Assembly (NCBI GenBank): GCA_905331295.1
Contig: CAJNYD010000459.1
Coordinates: 288,975-352,974 of the forward strand
Direction: 5' to 3'
Length of the DNA stretch: 64,000 nucleotides
DNA from: Rotaria socialis
Taxonomy: Eukaryota
The position numbers and the translations under genes were made by a program. Below, piece by piece: positions 13,601 to 27,539 of this stretch. Numbering within the stretch: the first letter of the stretch is position 1; each line of letters opens with the position of its first letter. The notes beneath the pieces are model-generated. The model ran no database searches, was not told the DNA's origin, and saw only the letters and a list, made by a program, of their open reading frames with translations.

Positions 13601-14208
13601 TATTTTATTATTTAGTTCGAAAGAACAAACTCGTTTAAATTCTTCATCGAAATCTTTAGTTGGTTTAATATGCATCATAGATTTAATATATTTTGTTTTT
13701 TGCCATGATTTTATTGCTGGTATTAAATCATTTTGTAGTTCATCATTAACTGATTGATGAATTTCAGCTGATGCATCAGCTTCGCCCATTATTGCCTTCC
13801 AAGCTGTTGTCATTGACCCAAATTCCGATGCTATAAAAGTAAAAAGAAAAAATTTAATTAAAAAATGTGAATAAATTAGTTTTCTCGTACATTTGGCCAC
13901 ATAATCAGACCATTTTTTCGACCAACTTTTAAGCATTTTCGAAAATGCTTTTTCAAGCTCAGCTCTTTCATTGAGCATACTAATCAGATCAGATGTTAAC
14001 TTATTTCCATCATCACACCGTTTTACTGCTCGATTGTATTTGCCAATCTATTCAAATTTTAAATATTAAAACGAATAAAAATAAACAAGAGAACGTTGGT
14101 TTCTTTTTTTCATTTATCATATTCAATACGTACTTCCCAGAATGAATCTGTCTGTGGTAAATAAAGATCATTTTCCATATTAGTTTTTTCAATGCTTCCT
14201 GTCTCCAT
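10636..14208 (-). CDS. PACSIN: Syndapin/PACSIN (F-BAR + NPF + SH3), multi-exon
   Basis: Spliced product [42 protein letters not shown]...ERAELEKAF, then [32 protein letters not shown], an NPF motif (ANPFYEED) and a C-terminal SH3 [21 protein letters not shown]...DDQGWCKG...[11 protein letters not shown]. Confidence 0.95.
12387..12650 (-). CDS. Candidate alternative terminal exon of syndapin (87 aa, removes NPF/SH3)
   Basis: Pyrimidine-rich tract and AG at 12651-12652, phase 0 matching the donor after NWPTFE, open for 87 codons ([11 protein letters not shown]...EVDYKYI*). Confidence 0.55.
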   Translation of the reverse strand, partial: ESTNLVHQQQQNRFSHCANDLSMGNDTYNRRQLAHFVSQTSATVAYDTRVLVVDSYATIRRSMRRTAAVVTRVRRDLAKREVDYKYI

Positions 14209-16228
14209 GATGGACTTATGGATGGATAAAAGAATAAAAACAAATGAAACGATCTAAAATACATGATACTTTACAACTAATTTACAGACACAGAAAAAAA
14301 CCTGATCTCCGTTTGAACAATACAAGGTATCAAATATCTACACTTTGATTTCTTGAATAATCATCGAAAGAGAAAAAAAACACGATGCAATGAAATAAAA
14401 TAAAAAGTTAAATCATCATGTAATCCGTTGGTAAATGTTGATACATGGAACGTCACCAACACGTTCACAACAACATATAAACACTTCTATTGTTGTGTCG
14501 TATAACCAAAGACGAGAAGAAAAAAGAATAGCTAGCTGTAAAACATACACGGCTTCATCACTAGCACTACATATGCCGTTCATTCAATTACAAAGAATGA
14601 ACGGACGTAGTGACGATCTCTTTGCTCTTATTTTTGACGAAGAACGAAAGAAAAGAATAATGCGTGAGAACTTTTGTTATGCTTACAAAACAGACACAAG
14701 AGAAGACGAAGAAAAAAAGAAACGAAGAAGAAGTTCTTTTTTTTGCTGAAGTCATGTTATTTTACCAACATTATTGATCGACTCTATTCGACTTATATGA
14801 ACCGTATTGCTTAGCTGTGTGTATATTTTTCTTTGTCGTTATTTTCGATCAAGCTTCTCTTATCTAAACTCTTCTTTTTTCCTATTCTTCTTTTTTCCGG
14901 TTTGATATTTCCGATCACAAAAAGAAAGAAAACTAAGAGAAAGAATGGAAAGACTATGTGGACTTACAATTTATTCACTACTCTTCGGTCGTATAAAGTA
15001 GATTATTGGCAAAAGGATGACAAAAAAGAGTCATACTTATTGAGACCTTGACAAGTAGGACACAACTGAATGAACTCGCACTATATGCATAAGAATAAAA
15101 AGAATAAAAATGAACATCAAATAAAATATAGATAGACAAGAGCGACTGCATATTGCATGGTCTAATGACAGTAGACATTGATTGTATCGTATTTACTCGT
15201 TAGTTCAATCAATCAATAAAAATGTTACATTAACGACAGGTGGTTGTGAGCTTCTCATCTTGTCTCGTTTTGTTTTGTATAACATTACCAAAAAGGAAGA
15301 AGACATTTAATTTTTTTATTTTTCTCAGCAAGAAATTGCTTGCTCTATGTTTATATTCTATTTCCGTCTCATGAAAAAGCATAGAACAAGAAAAAAAAAG
15401 GAAATTTTCATAATTGATCAGAGCAAAAACAAAATAATAATCTCCGTCTGCAAATCAAAAGAAAAAATACCTGTACGTTGTTAGTTTTGCTTTGGTTCGG
15501 TTTTTTGTGTTCAATCGGTTCAGGTCAATCAATGTATTATCAACAACTACTATGTCGCCGCCATCTCAACAACAACGCAATCTTAGAGCTCATATACGTA
15601 CATACGAAAAGAAAGAATGAACTGAAGTATACGCAAACGAATAAGTGCTTGGAGTTCATCTATATTGCTATTGTAAGAGAAAAAGAGAGACAGAAGAGAA
15701 TGAACAGTCTCCCTTGTTCGGTATGTAAGGTACACTATGACTATACGCATATGTTGTTAAACGCTTACGAAAAAAAAGCAAGTGATCTTGAACTCATATA
15801 CGCATATAACGAAATGAATGTTAGCTTTTCCCCCTCTGTGTATAAGTGTACGTCTTATGTTGATCAAAGTTACTACTCAATCTTTTACACATGCTCGAAC
15901 AAATGAAAGCTGCATATGTAAAATACACAAGAGATTTTAAAGAGAGTAGCATGCAATTTATTAACTCATTCTACCGTTTCTTTTTTATGCGAGTTGGATG
16001 CTTTTTTAAAGGAAAAAAAATCATCCAGAAATAGACTTTTTCCTATCTGATGGATACTGAAAAATTCTAGTCTTTATAGAACGATAAATAAAAAAAGAAG
16101 ATTTGCTCGAACGCGAACATACATTCAGAGAAAGACGGAAAGAATTAAATAGGCAAGAAAATTTATATGACTAAGATATAAGAGGATCGACAGCAGACAG
16201 ACAAACACAGATAGACCAAGAAGAGAAG

Positions 16229-16248
16229 AGAGAGAGAGAGAGAGAGAG
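16229..16248. repeat. (GA)n microsatellite
   Basis: About 10 GA units upstream of the syndapin gene. Confidence 0.8.
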
Positions 16249-16547
16249 AAAAATAAGAAGGTGGTTGATAAATATTGATTGGTACAAGGATTTAATTCAG
16301 AAGTTAATTAATTAATTAGTTCATGTGATTATTTTGAATCGAAAAGTTTTCTTTTGCAATTTTCTTTTAATTTTACATAATTAATCAACAGATGTCGCTA
16401 GCAAATAAATCACAGCTGCCTATAGATGTTTTCTAAACCTAACGAAACTGATTGATATTTTTCTCACTATTACTATGAAATTTGATGAAGTCTAGTTGTC
16501 TCATTGTATTGAAAAACAAATAGTTTTTCATTGAGACGAGAAAATTA

Positions 16548-16891
16548 CCCAGGTGAATGAATCCGATAATATCGGATTCGATAATCCGATGGGATTCCTG
16601 GGCATGGAACCACTAACGGATCCGACGGAAAAAAGCATTTAATTAATTGACCATTAATTAGTGCCTCAAGCCAACATTAGAGGGTAATTCGAGTCGAGCG
16701 TTGGATCCGTCACAATCCGGCAGTAGGATCCGATGATTATCCAATGTTATTCCGACACTAGGGATCCGGTTGTCATTCCACAACCCGGAATCTGATAGGA
16801 ATTCGTTGGTTTAGTGGAAATTCATATAAAATTCAATCGGATTCCCATATAGGATCTTATTGGGTACAATTGTCGGAATGATTCTCTTGGG
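16548..16891. mobile_element. Non-autonomous DNA element with CCC...GGG ends and TA flanks (CACTA/EnSpm-like)
   Basis: Left cccaggtgaatgaatccgataat versus reverse complement of right cccaagagaatcattccgacaat (18/23 match). TA on both sides. Many internal atccg/cggat subterminal repeats. Confidence 0.7.
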
Positions 16892-19800
16892 TATATACAT
16901 CTATTTTTACTGTTTTACCACGGTCGAATAAAAAATAATTCAAGAAGAGTAGATCTATTGTGTTTTTTTTTCGTTCACTATGATTATCATTTCTGGGGCT
17001 AGATAAATCTATTTATAGTTATTAATTAGCAACGTTCGAACATATTAGTTTTTTTTGTTAGTAGTTGTGATTTGAGGTTTAATTTCAACAGCTTTAGCTG
17101 ATATAATAAAAGATCTAGAAATGATTAGTTCAACAATGAGTGTTAGTAAATAAATAATTAAATCATTTTTGTAAAAAAAGAAGTTTATTTTATTCCCTTA
17201 GAATTATGTTTACATTTAATGTTATTGATGCGTTTTGTTCTTCAAGTAAAAAAATAAAAAATCAACTTTTTTTTGCTTGTCATTTTCCTAATAAATGTGC
17301 ACAATGAGCAAGATTTATTAATTACAAGTAGATCTATATTTGTTTGGTATAGATTTTCATACTTTTAATTTTTCAAGATATCCTACACCCCAGAGCAGAT
17401 GAAACAATACGAAATTCTATCCACTATTATCGCATCAATAATGAATAAAACAGCAGTTGCATCCGTTAAGTCAACATAAATAGATAAAACCTATTTGACT
17501 ACTCTCAGAGTAGTTTTAATTTTTCGTAAGTTTTCCTGTTTGATAATTGCATTTTACTTTCAAGTACTTTTTCTTTCATGGTTGTGACTATGCGATGTTA
17601 TATATATTTAACCCTATAGCATCTACGCATTAGATTTCTTTACAATGCTTCAGCAATTATTGAAGAACCTTATGCAATAAGAATATGCGAACTGGAAACA
17701 TGATTGTACTTTTCTTTAAATAAAATATCTACACAATGAAAATTTTGAATATTTCAAAAAACAGTTTTTTTGTGTTACTACTGAAAAGCATGTTTTCTAT
17801 TGCCGTCAGACTAACGGCTTGTTACAATTAGTTTAGCAATTGAGAGAAATGTTCTTGATGGGTGAGTTCAGGATAAAATTTTTAATTGAAAACAAAATCT
17901 TGGAGATTGTTTTAAGCTTCTCTAATATGTAATATTATTACAACCTGTACTTTCTAGATGGATACACACAAGACTATCGTACCTTTACTATCACCGATAC
18001 TAAGATCAAAAACGATTTTTATCCGCTTGTAACTCGAGATCGTCATCATAGAAAAAAAATCTGTTCCAATTATGTAATAGACAGGTTTTACGTGTGTCTT
18101 TGTAAAAATAAAAATCTTTTCCGTATGTGTAATTTAATATAAATGTTATTTTTTCCCTTGCTCATCATTATAATTAACGGAAACAATAGTGAAGGACTGT
18201 TCCTTTCATATTTTCCTCATGTGCCTAAAGCGGAAACAAAAGCTTCAGCATTCTATAACCTACTAGTTGACTTATTTTATCTTTATGGTATTTTTCTTTT
18301 ACTTCCATAATTAATTTTTTCTGTGGTTGTTATATATTTTCCATAGTAACTAAAAGACAGATCTGCTATTGTTTTTACTTCAATTAAAATACTGAACTTT
18401 ATAGTTTACGGGTTCTTATAGAACTTACTTGACAGTCGGGAGCAAATGCTGTATGTATATCTAAAACGGATATTTTATTAAATAATGTGATTGAATACTA
18501 AACTCAATTATTCCTTTTCAACATCTAATAAATAAGAAAAATGTATTATTGTATTTGATTATTTCGTCTCTGAATAGTATGCTGCACAAAATTGATAAAT
18601 TAAAAAAAAATGTTCTCTCGTAGTTATTTATAATTTCAGACAAAATACATCTCAGTAGATATATTGTGTGATATCTGTTAATGAAAACATTCATGAGTGA
18701 CTTAGAAACGTTTCGCATTAACTTTGTCTATAAAAGATCGCGAGCTATGGAATGCATCCTGCAGCGGCCAGTGGGGCTAAAAAGAGGAAATGAAGTCTTT
18801 TTTTAACATTTATTGTCTTTTGTAAATCTTATCAGATGAGAAATGGAGCAAAGTATTTTGCTGTTAATGAACTGACGTGATAGATTATATCAATACTTAG
18901 CGAGTAAAGTATTTTGAAAACAATAAAATTCATTTTAAGTACATAAGTTTTTAAAACTATTTTTATTCTTTTCTTTTTTTGCATTAATCCAATGGGATAC
19001 AAAACTATTATTTTTCAGATCCTTAATTTCTTTTGTTTCAAAAATCTTTTATCGAAAGTGGTCGAACTATCGTGCATCTATTAGCATATGAATGAAACTC
19101 TCATTATGGAGCTCGGCTAAAATCGACATCCGGAGTAAGGAATGTTTTGTTGAAAATCTAATCGACGACTTCATTCAACGTTTAATTCATTAAATTTTTA
19201 AATATTAGAAGTATATAAACATGATTAACAAAATTATATTTTCTTTTATTTGTTAATTCTTCAGAGCATTCAAGTATTTAGGAAATTTTAAAAATTCTTT
19301 GATTTATTTTGTTTTTATCAAATAGTTTCCATGCAATCATTTACAATACATTTATAAAAGACCAAAAAAAAAAATAGAAGTGCTGTTAAAGTATATAAAC
19401 ATGTCAAGTAAATTGTTACATAATATCAAGAATAAAACATCAAAATCATAGCTGTATGATATTGAATTAGCTATAGTTCACAAAAAAGAAAATATCTATT
19501 TTCATAATCGATCCACTTAGAATCTAAACAATATTGACACAAATGAAGATTGGTAGCAAAGAAAAACTTAGAATTATTGTCACTGAAACTCGTCAGCATA
19601 ATAAAACATTTGGCGAAATAATTATGATAAATAGTTAGACACATCAATACATTGCTAAAAATAAAAACAAAAATAATATTTTGGAATTAAGTTGGTATCA
19701 GTGAATATTCTAATTATAACATAGATAAAGAACGAATTTACAAATATTTCGATACTTTTCTAATATAATTAAGCTTAAATAATTGCTTAAACGATCAATT

Positions 19801-20839
19801 AAGGAATTATATTGTAAAAGAATTTCTTTCAATAACTTGCGTTATATCGATAATAGAGACAAGGCGATAAAAGACTTGCATGCAACCCAGAGATAATTCA
19901 ATGTCGATGTAATTGTAATTATTGATGAGATAGATAAAAAAAAAACTTACGTTAAATTTGCTTGTCGTTGTGTTCTTTTTGCAATACTAATTATTTAGTT
20001 ATAAGTGGTATAGTCATTTATTTTATGCGCTGGCGGTTATATTTGATAAAAATACATTTTTCGTCTACGTATTTGTCTCATATTTAGCTGTCGTTGTTTC
20101 TCTAAAGTTAAACATGTTTCTTTATAGTTATGACTTCTATCCGTCATCGATCAACCGTATCAATCGTGCATTTATAATGAATATGATGATTACAATCGCT
20201 TGTATAGAAGTAATGTAGGCAAAAATCCATGTGTATAAACTAATCGAGTTTCAATCGACGTTACCTTTTTTTTAGTACAATCTTTATAAGATAAGAATAT
20301 AAAATACCATGGAACTATTTTACAAGTCATGGATAAAGTTCAAGTGAAATCTATTTCTCATCGATATAATAGAGATAGAATTGTATCTAGCATTACCCGT
20401 GGAAAGTTGAAGTCTTAAATTTCTACTTGTAGCAATAGTAAAATCAAGTGAACCGTTAATTATTCTATAAAGTTATGATTCTTCGAGATGAGCAATATAA
20501 CTGTAGAACATGTACTTTGTTTAAAACTAAAGGCAATGAATATCTTATGAAGCCTAAATAAGACCTGTAAATAAATATTGTTGAAACATTACAAAGAATA
20601 TCATACAATAAGACTCTTGATGATTAGACATTTTTATAACTATAAAATATCATAGTATCTAAAAGAAATGTTTACTTCTATAATCTAAATTTTAAATGAT
20701 CTTTGCAAAAATAATGAAGAACCTACGTTTCTATCTTTATATGTATTACTACTCTTACTAATTAGAATTTTTAGTAGTTTTACCATGATACTTGATTGTT
20801 TAAACAGAAAATCAAACATAACAAGATATATCTTCTGCT

Positions 20840-21436
20840 TAGGGGTGTCAATTTGCAGTTTAATTAATTTAAAATTTAACTTTATAGAATTGAATTTAAA
20901 ATTAAATAAAATTTTTCTCATACAAAAATTTTAATTTAAATAAAATTAAAATTTAACTTTTAGGGTGAAAAATCATTTAAATTAAAATTTAAAATTTAAC
21001 AAATTGTTTGGATGGATACACATCATTGCTACGACGAAAATACGTGAGTTTAACAGTAGTAGATACTAAATGAGAGAAAATCTTAGTATTTTAGGTTAAT
21101 ATTTGTTCATAATAGTCAAAATTTCTCTACAGATTATGCAGGATTCGTCATTTTTCTTCTTCAAAATACTGGGATACTCATAAAAATATATTTAATAGCG
21201 CAATTCGTAGAAGAATGACTAGCGTTAACTTTATAAAACAGGAAACATACTCAAATTTGACTTTAAATAGTAGCAATCAAATCAAAAACTATGTTTATCT
21301 ACTAGTTTTCAAAATTTAACTAAATTCAAATTTCTTGAATTTAAATTTAACTTTTTATTTAAAAAAATTAAAATTTTTCAAAATTTATTTCTCAATTCAA
21401 AATAAATTTTTTAAAATTTAAATGTGAAACCCCCAA
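20840..21436. mobile_element. hAT-type MITE with 8-bp TSD
   Basis: CTTCTGCT at 20832-20839 and 21437-21444. Ends TAGGGGTGTCA...TGAAACCCCCAA. Repeated AAATTTAAC subterminal motifs at both ends. Confidence 0.8.
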
Positions 21437-22887
21437 CTTCTGCTGAAACATCTCATCGATGTACTTATCAGAATCGAAAGATCAATCAAAGAAAAATATT
21501 TTTTTGGGTTGTAGAAAAGATAATATTTTATAGTTTACTACTTTTTAATGATTCCATTATTCATCGAGAAAAGACGATATCAATTTTCACACTATCTATT
21601 TCATATTTGATAAGTATTATTCTATACGGATTATTCATTTTGATCAGTTTGTTATTCGATCAAACAGTGGTATAAACAAGTTTCTCCCGAGCTAATCTTA
21701 TCTATAGTTGCACACAACCTCGGTCGCTACTTTATTTACCTGAAATATTTTAATTAAGTTTGACGCTATTTTGTAGACATAGAGATCATATTAACCCGAT
21801 CGTATGTTTGAATAAATTCAAACATACGGTACTTACAATTGATATCCTATGTTGCAACATTGCTAATGATCTATGACAAATAGACATAGGCAGGTTCAGA
21901 ACAATTTAAAAGCATATAATGATAAGTGATAGAAGATATGCCTTGAAAATAATATTAAGCAGCCCACATGCATCAATAATAAAACAGTTGCCTATTTGTG
22001 AGCTTCTATTTATTATTAACAACAATAAATATTGTATTTTAACCAACAACGTAGGAGTTGTTATTATTTCGTTGTATCATAGATACATATCAGTCAATAT
22101 TCATTTTCAAACTGAATCGAAAGAAACTATAGATTTTTATTATATCTAAATTGTCGATGAAATTAGCAAATCTTCATTTTACTACAATGAAGTATTGATA
22201 AGAATTGACAAGTTTACTATCTCAATACATGATTTCTAAAGACATAATTATACTGTCATAACAGACTAGTCAGATAATCTATTGAGATTGTCATCAAAGA
22301 TTGACAGTTTTCATACAGAACACAGCAACAAACTTTGATTTATAAAGACGAATAATTTCCAGAAACTATTCTGTAATTAATCAAAAACGTGTCTCCACGA
22401 AGGATACCGATTTCTGTTTTCGAAAGAAAAGTTTACACTAACAGTTTAACAATTTTCGTCTTTTTATCATTATTATTGTAATATAATCACCTTAAACTAT
22501 ATACGTATACTTATCGTGACACTTCATTTTTTTTTATAAGGGTTCTCATATTTATTTATAATTCGTATAATTAAAAAAATTTTCTTTTATGATCTGTATG
22601 CAAAACTATTCAAGTAATATTTATTTCAACAAGCGCTAATTATATATTCTCTTTCTTTTCCCGTTATTCATTATTTAGAAAGCAGTATACGAATTATGTT
22701 ATCGCTGTTATTCACTAGCTGACCTTACAATGGAAAATTCTATGAAACTATTCGGTCATATCTAGAGAAGAAAATTTTATATTATTCGAAGAAACAGGGC
22801 GTGCTAGTTTTATTTATCAAATAGAAAAACTGAAACACTCTATATGCAAGTCATGTCAAAATAAAAAATAAAATACAATTATGTCAT

Positions 22888-23686
22888 TCATTTATTTCGA
22901 TGTTGTTTCGAACGTGAATCATAGTTATTTGATCGTTCGTGTTCGATAGCCATATGTCTTGGTTCTTGAGATTGAGATCGAAGTCGTCCAAATGATGGTG
23001 GTGCCATTAATAAATTATTTGCTTGTGAGTCAAATCCGTGTCCGTTTAAGTTTTTCAAACCGAGTTGTCCTGCTCGATTAAACCATTCACGTTCAAACTG
23101 ATTTTCATCTTCGATATATTCAAAATCACGATTTTCTAATAGTTTTCCACTCGATGGATCACGTTCTTTGGTTATTCTATGACCACGTTGACCAAGTCGA
23201 TGGGCTATCTCCATTTTTTCTAAATTTCGACCCGTATCCTGAACAGCTTTACGTGTTCGTGAGAAACCTAAATAGAAAATTTCGTTAGAGAAAAAATGAA
23301 TGATTCAAAAACAAAATTTACAATTCACCTTCAGGTCCTTGCAATTTTTCTGATGTTGCTTGAATAATTCTTGGTTGTGTCCCATTTCTATTATCCATAC
23401 TCATCACAGTTGATGAACTAAATGAAACACCTTGGCCATTAGGTTGGAAATCATTACTATTAATTCTCGATTCCATATGTCTCATCATTTGATTCATATT
23501 ACCCATCATAGTATCCATAAATCCAAATGGATTACCAAATATATCTAGTTCTCGATCATTATTATTTTGTTGATATTGTGTTAGTTGACGATCATGCCTG
23601 TCAGATCTTGATCGCTGCTCGAATGTTTGTGGAAGATCGACTCCAGAAAAAAAAGGATCGCCGCGGAATGGCGAAAGAAGACTCAT
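22888..23686 (-). CDS. MLF: Myeloid leukemia factor family protein (2 exons, intron 23268-23328)
   Basis: DPFF N-terminus, Met-rich segment, SFSSSTVMS...PRIIQATSE...GPEG|FSRTRKAVQD...MEIAHRLGQRGHRITKER...ENRDF...FEREW, matching the MLF domain. Confidence 0.9.
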
Positions 23687-24014
23687 AATGTCGACACAAA
23701 AAATAAGTTTTCAAAACTATAGTTAGTTTTTGTCTCAACGGGTATTTATATATATATATATATATGTTGGCAATGATGCAAAAATTATTACTGTAGAAAT
23801 GAATTTTCTAGATTGTTCTCGAGGCGCGCAAAGAATAACAAAGAATCAGGAAGAAAAAAAAGAGAAAGCCTATGCCCCATTTTCCTTCTCAGCCGTTTTA
23901 TTCTCTTTCTCTCTCGACTTCTCGAGAAAAAGAAAGAACGTCAATTCATAAAATATTTATTGAGGGTCGTTTTCGTTTTTCTTTTGTTGTCAGACAACGA
24001 GAACAACTAGTATA

Positions 24015-25714
24015 TTACTCATTAAAGATATCGTCTAGTGTTTCGTGGGAATACTGTGATTGTTCCGACGACCTATTACTAATTTTCATTTGTTTCGTTT
24101 TCGTCTTGTTTTTACTAATATAACAACATGCACAGATACATGTCAATAAAATCATAAATAATAAAATCCATGTTGAATATTTTGATAAATCAACATTAAT
24201 TGGTTTATTTATTGATGAAGAATTATCTGGACTAGCATCGAATTTTCTTAATCTACAATAGCAATGAAGAAATAGTCTATTCTGATTGACGTTGACAAAG
24301 TACAACATACAATATACGAATTCCTTTCGAATTAGTTGCTTCAAATTCTGCAACCTACAAGAAAATTAGTTTTTTTTTGAATGTGAATGTGAATTTTCAT
24401 TTGATTGACCAGCAAAATTATAATCCCTACTAATTCTATACTTCTAAAAAATAGTCAAATTATGCTAACCACCGAATCGAAATAAATACCAAAAAAGCAA
24501 TGATGTCGTATTTACAAGATGACTATTCAATTTTGCTTACTAAGTTTCACAGAGAGTATCAAAGCGAGATATATGGCTTCAATGCACTGCATCAACCTCA
24601 CCAGCTTAGTTTACTAAATACGCATTGATCCAACTCCTCATTAAAGCATTGATACAATTAGACCTTCAGTAAACGTCGATGACAGTACACTCGCCATCCC
24701 AGGAGAGAGTCTATCTCGTTAACTTATGTTTCTATATTTCTACTTGCAGTACATATTACTATGTAGTTATAAATTCCGAACAATATTAAACTTACAGCTT
24801 TATAAATCATATTATGATCTAAGTGAGTTTCGGACTGTGATGGATAATAATCTAAATATAATTTTGTATGGTAATAAAAAAGAATTGGCTTTCTTTTTTT
24901 GACATACAACAAACCCATGACCAATTAGTTTTGAGATTTATTGATTGATTCCAATAATATCGATGGGAAATATCAATATTCGAATTCGTATCAACCACGT
25001 ATGAATATCAAAACAAGAAAAAGAAAAAGTCTGAAAATAAGAACTCGATAAAACTCACTCACACATCATACTAAGATAATTACGATCATCATATTCAAAT
25101 ACAATTTGATTTGTTCGAATATCTCCATTTTTTAAAGAATAATTTGTTCTCTCGACAAAAATAAAACAGATTCATTTAGAATAATACAAAAAATAAAGCT
25201 TAATTCATATTCTTTTTCTCACTAAGTATTTATCATCTGTTAATTTACCAATCAATAATTGACTTGGATGAGACTCATGAAAAATTAAATTTATTCGTTC
25301 AATGTTTATATGTCCCGTTTTATATTCAGTTATTATTGTTGCTGTTGATGGAATCGATTTCTTACATAAATCTTTTGAACATTTAGATAAAAAAAGAAGA
25401 AATTCATTGACATGTCTTTTTCCATGAAGAATTTCACATAACAAATCTAGTCTTGTAACATCAACAATAGCACGTCGATCTATGGATGCTAATGATAAAT
25501 CGCATACAAGACTATTTTCTATTTTTAATGCTTCGTACAATATATCATCATCTGGAAAATGATCAAAGTAAAATAATGGTCCATTTTTTTTACATCGAAA
25601 CAATGTTGGTACATTGTTTAAATAGAATTTTATTTCGGTTTTTAAACAGATAGTAAAAGATTGAGTAGCTAAAAGTACAATTAAAAATAAAAATAAATTA
25701 TTTGATGTATTCAT
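24015..25714 (-). CDS. Uncharacterised type I membrane protein, paralog A (about 6 exons)
   Basis: Signal peptide; ectodomain KTEIKF...LFRCK.NG..FYF..FP...CDLSL; further exons NQIVFEYDDRNYLSMMCE, IGHGFV, LDYYPS...YKA; TM WILLFMILLTCICACCYI followed by a basic stop-transfer sequence. Confidence 0.75.
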
Positions 25715-27539
25715 TTTAAAACAAATAGAGAAAAAAATCAAGGCGGGATAAAGTAGTGTCGGTAAAAATTGTGTTTATTATTGAATTTTCAAAAGAATAC
25801 TTACAATACAGGTCCTCAACTTTCCCAGCTATATGGTGTATAAAAGGAAGATCTTAAAATAATATATACATGACTGTTTTGATCTAGATAAAGACAACAG
25901 TAATTGCATCGAGTTCGAACAGTTCTCTATTGTTGAGTATATACTCGAATTTGCTTTCGGAAATAAAGATGACAAAAATTAATTAATTTCCCAAAGCAAA
26001 AAATTGTATAACTGTTTTAGTACAAAGTAAATAGCGTTTTTGGTGCTGTTCTTAAAATGTTTCGTGAAGCAGTTTTTCAACTCGACATTATTATAGAACG
26101 CCAATTTAGACAAAAATCAAATATTAACATTAACGAAATCTTTTCTATTTTCAATGGAAATGCAACTAGTGAACGTTATAAAACTAAGCCATTGTAAGTT
26201 TTTCTACTTTTTCAATTTCACAAGTTTTTCAATGGAATATAGAACTGTTTAAGAATAGTGTACTATACAATGATTATTTTTGAAGCACTATACTGACAAT
26301 TGTTCAGTAATATAACAAAAGAAAATCAAGATAATCAAGTTAACTAAAATAGTACACTTAGTGATGGTATGTAGAATACTTCTGCCATTTTATGGAAACA
26401 AAGTACTATCGCAATTGTTTCTTGATAATAATATACTATTTGTGAATCTTTGTTCGACTTTTTCCAATTCATGAAATATCATGTCCGATGGATGAATATA
26501 TTTATATAACTATCTTTTATTTTATATAATATTGTTGATACAAATGGTGAGAATTTGTTACGAGATTATTCAAACTACAGCATGACTTCAGAGCACTCTA
26601 AGGACATGAAAGAACATACTTGCTGAACCTTTTACAGTGTATTTGAGCTTGCTACACGCAATAAAATATCACGCGATTCCGATAGTCATGATCATGCCAC
26701 AAGAAAACTTTCCTGAACAAAGTTAATTTGAGATGCTATCAAATATACTCATAAAAAATGCTTTTCAGCGCAGCCCCATTGGGGCTAAAATGTGGAACTC
26801 ACATATTTCGGTCAGTTAGATACTGATCAAATAGAAGTTTTATTTTTTCAGTGTAGTAAGATCATATTTTGTTCAAAAATAAGATAATAAAACCTTTTTA
26901 ACATTTGAAGCTTTTTGAATCTATCAATAGGAAAGATTACTAGAGAGAACGTATAAAAAGCTTTTTGTTTAGAATATGTCAGTATGCTGAAGTGTTTAGT
27001 GGTTTCATTGAGAAATATTGTGAATGATAATAGTTTAAACAGTATTTAGGATATAGTTATCAATATTGTTGAGAAATTTATATTTTTTCGTATTACCAGG
27101 TGAGAAATTGATACATTTTTTCATAAACGAAAATTTGATAAAAGCTACCCAATGGATGGAAAAAATTCGAATTGTAAATACAATAAAAGCGGATTCAAGC
27201 TCTAGAATAAGGTATTCGTGTGAGAAAAAAAAGATTAAAATCTTCATCTGTTTTTTGTAGGTGGTAGAAGTAACGAGTGTAATAGTAGCATAAAATAGTT
27301 GCTAGCTTCTGTAGCGGTAGCATACACTCGTTGCTAACGTCTATCATAATAAAAATATACGATACTGTCGTAGCTATGGGCTATAATAACAAAAACGGCA
27401 GATTTTGATGATTAATTAGAGATTAAATCCTAGCTATAATGATTTCTAATTAATGAAACTAGATTTTTATTACTGATGTGAGTAGTGGTGAACATAGGCA
27501 ATCGACCTGTACCAAAAAAGTTTCGAATTAGTGCATCTA

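Noticed and set aside
18759..18792. Short match to 26769-26800 (gcag...tggggctaaaa..ggaa)
   Set aside because: Probably ends of an old dispersed repeat; too short to define an element.
24540..24720. Possible reverse-transcriptase fragment (NVDDSTL) in an intron of paralog A
   Set aside because: A single weak motif with stops nearby; cannot be supported without a search.
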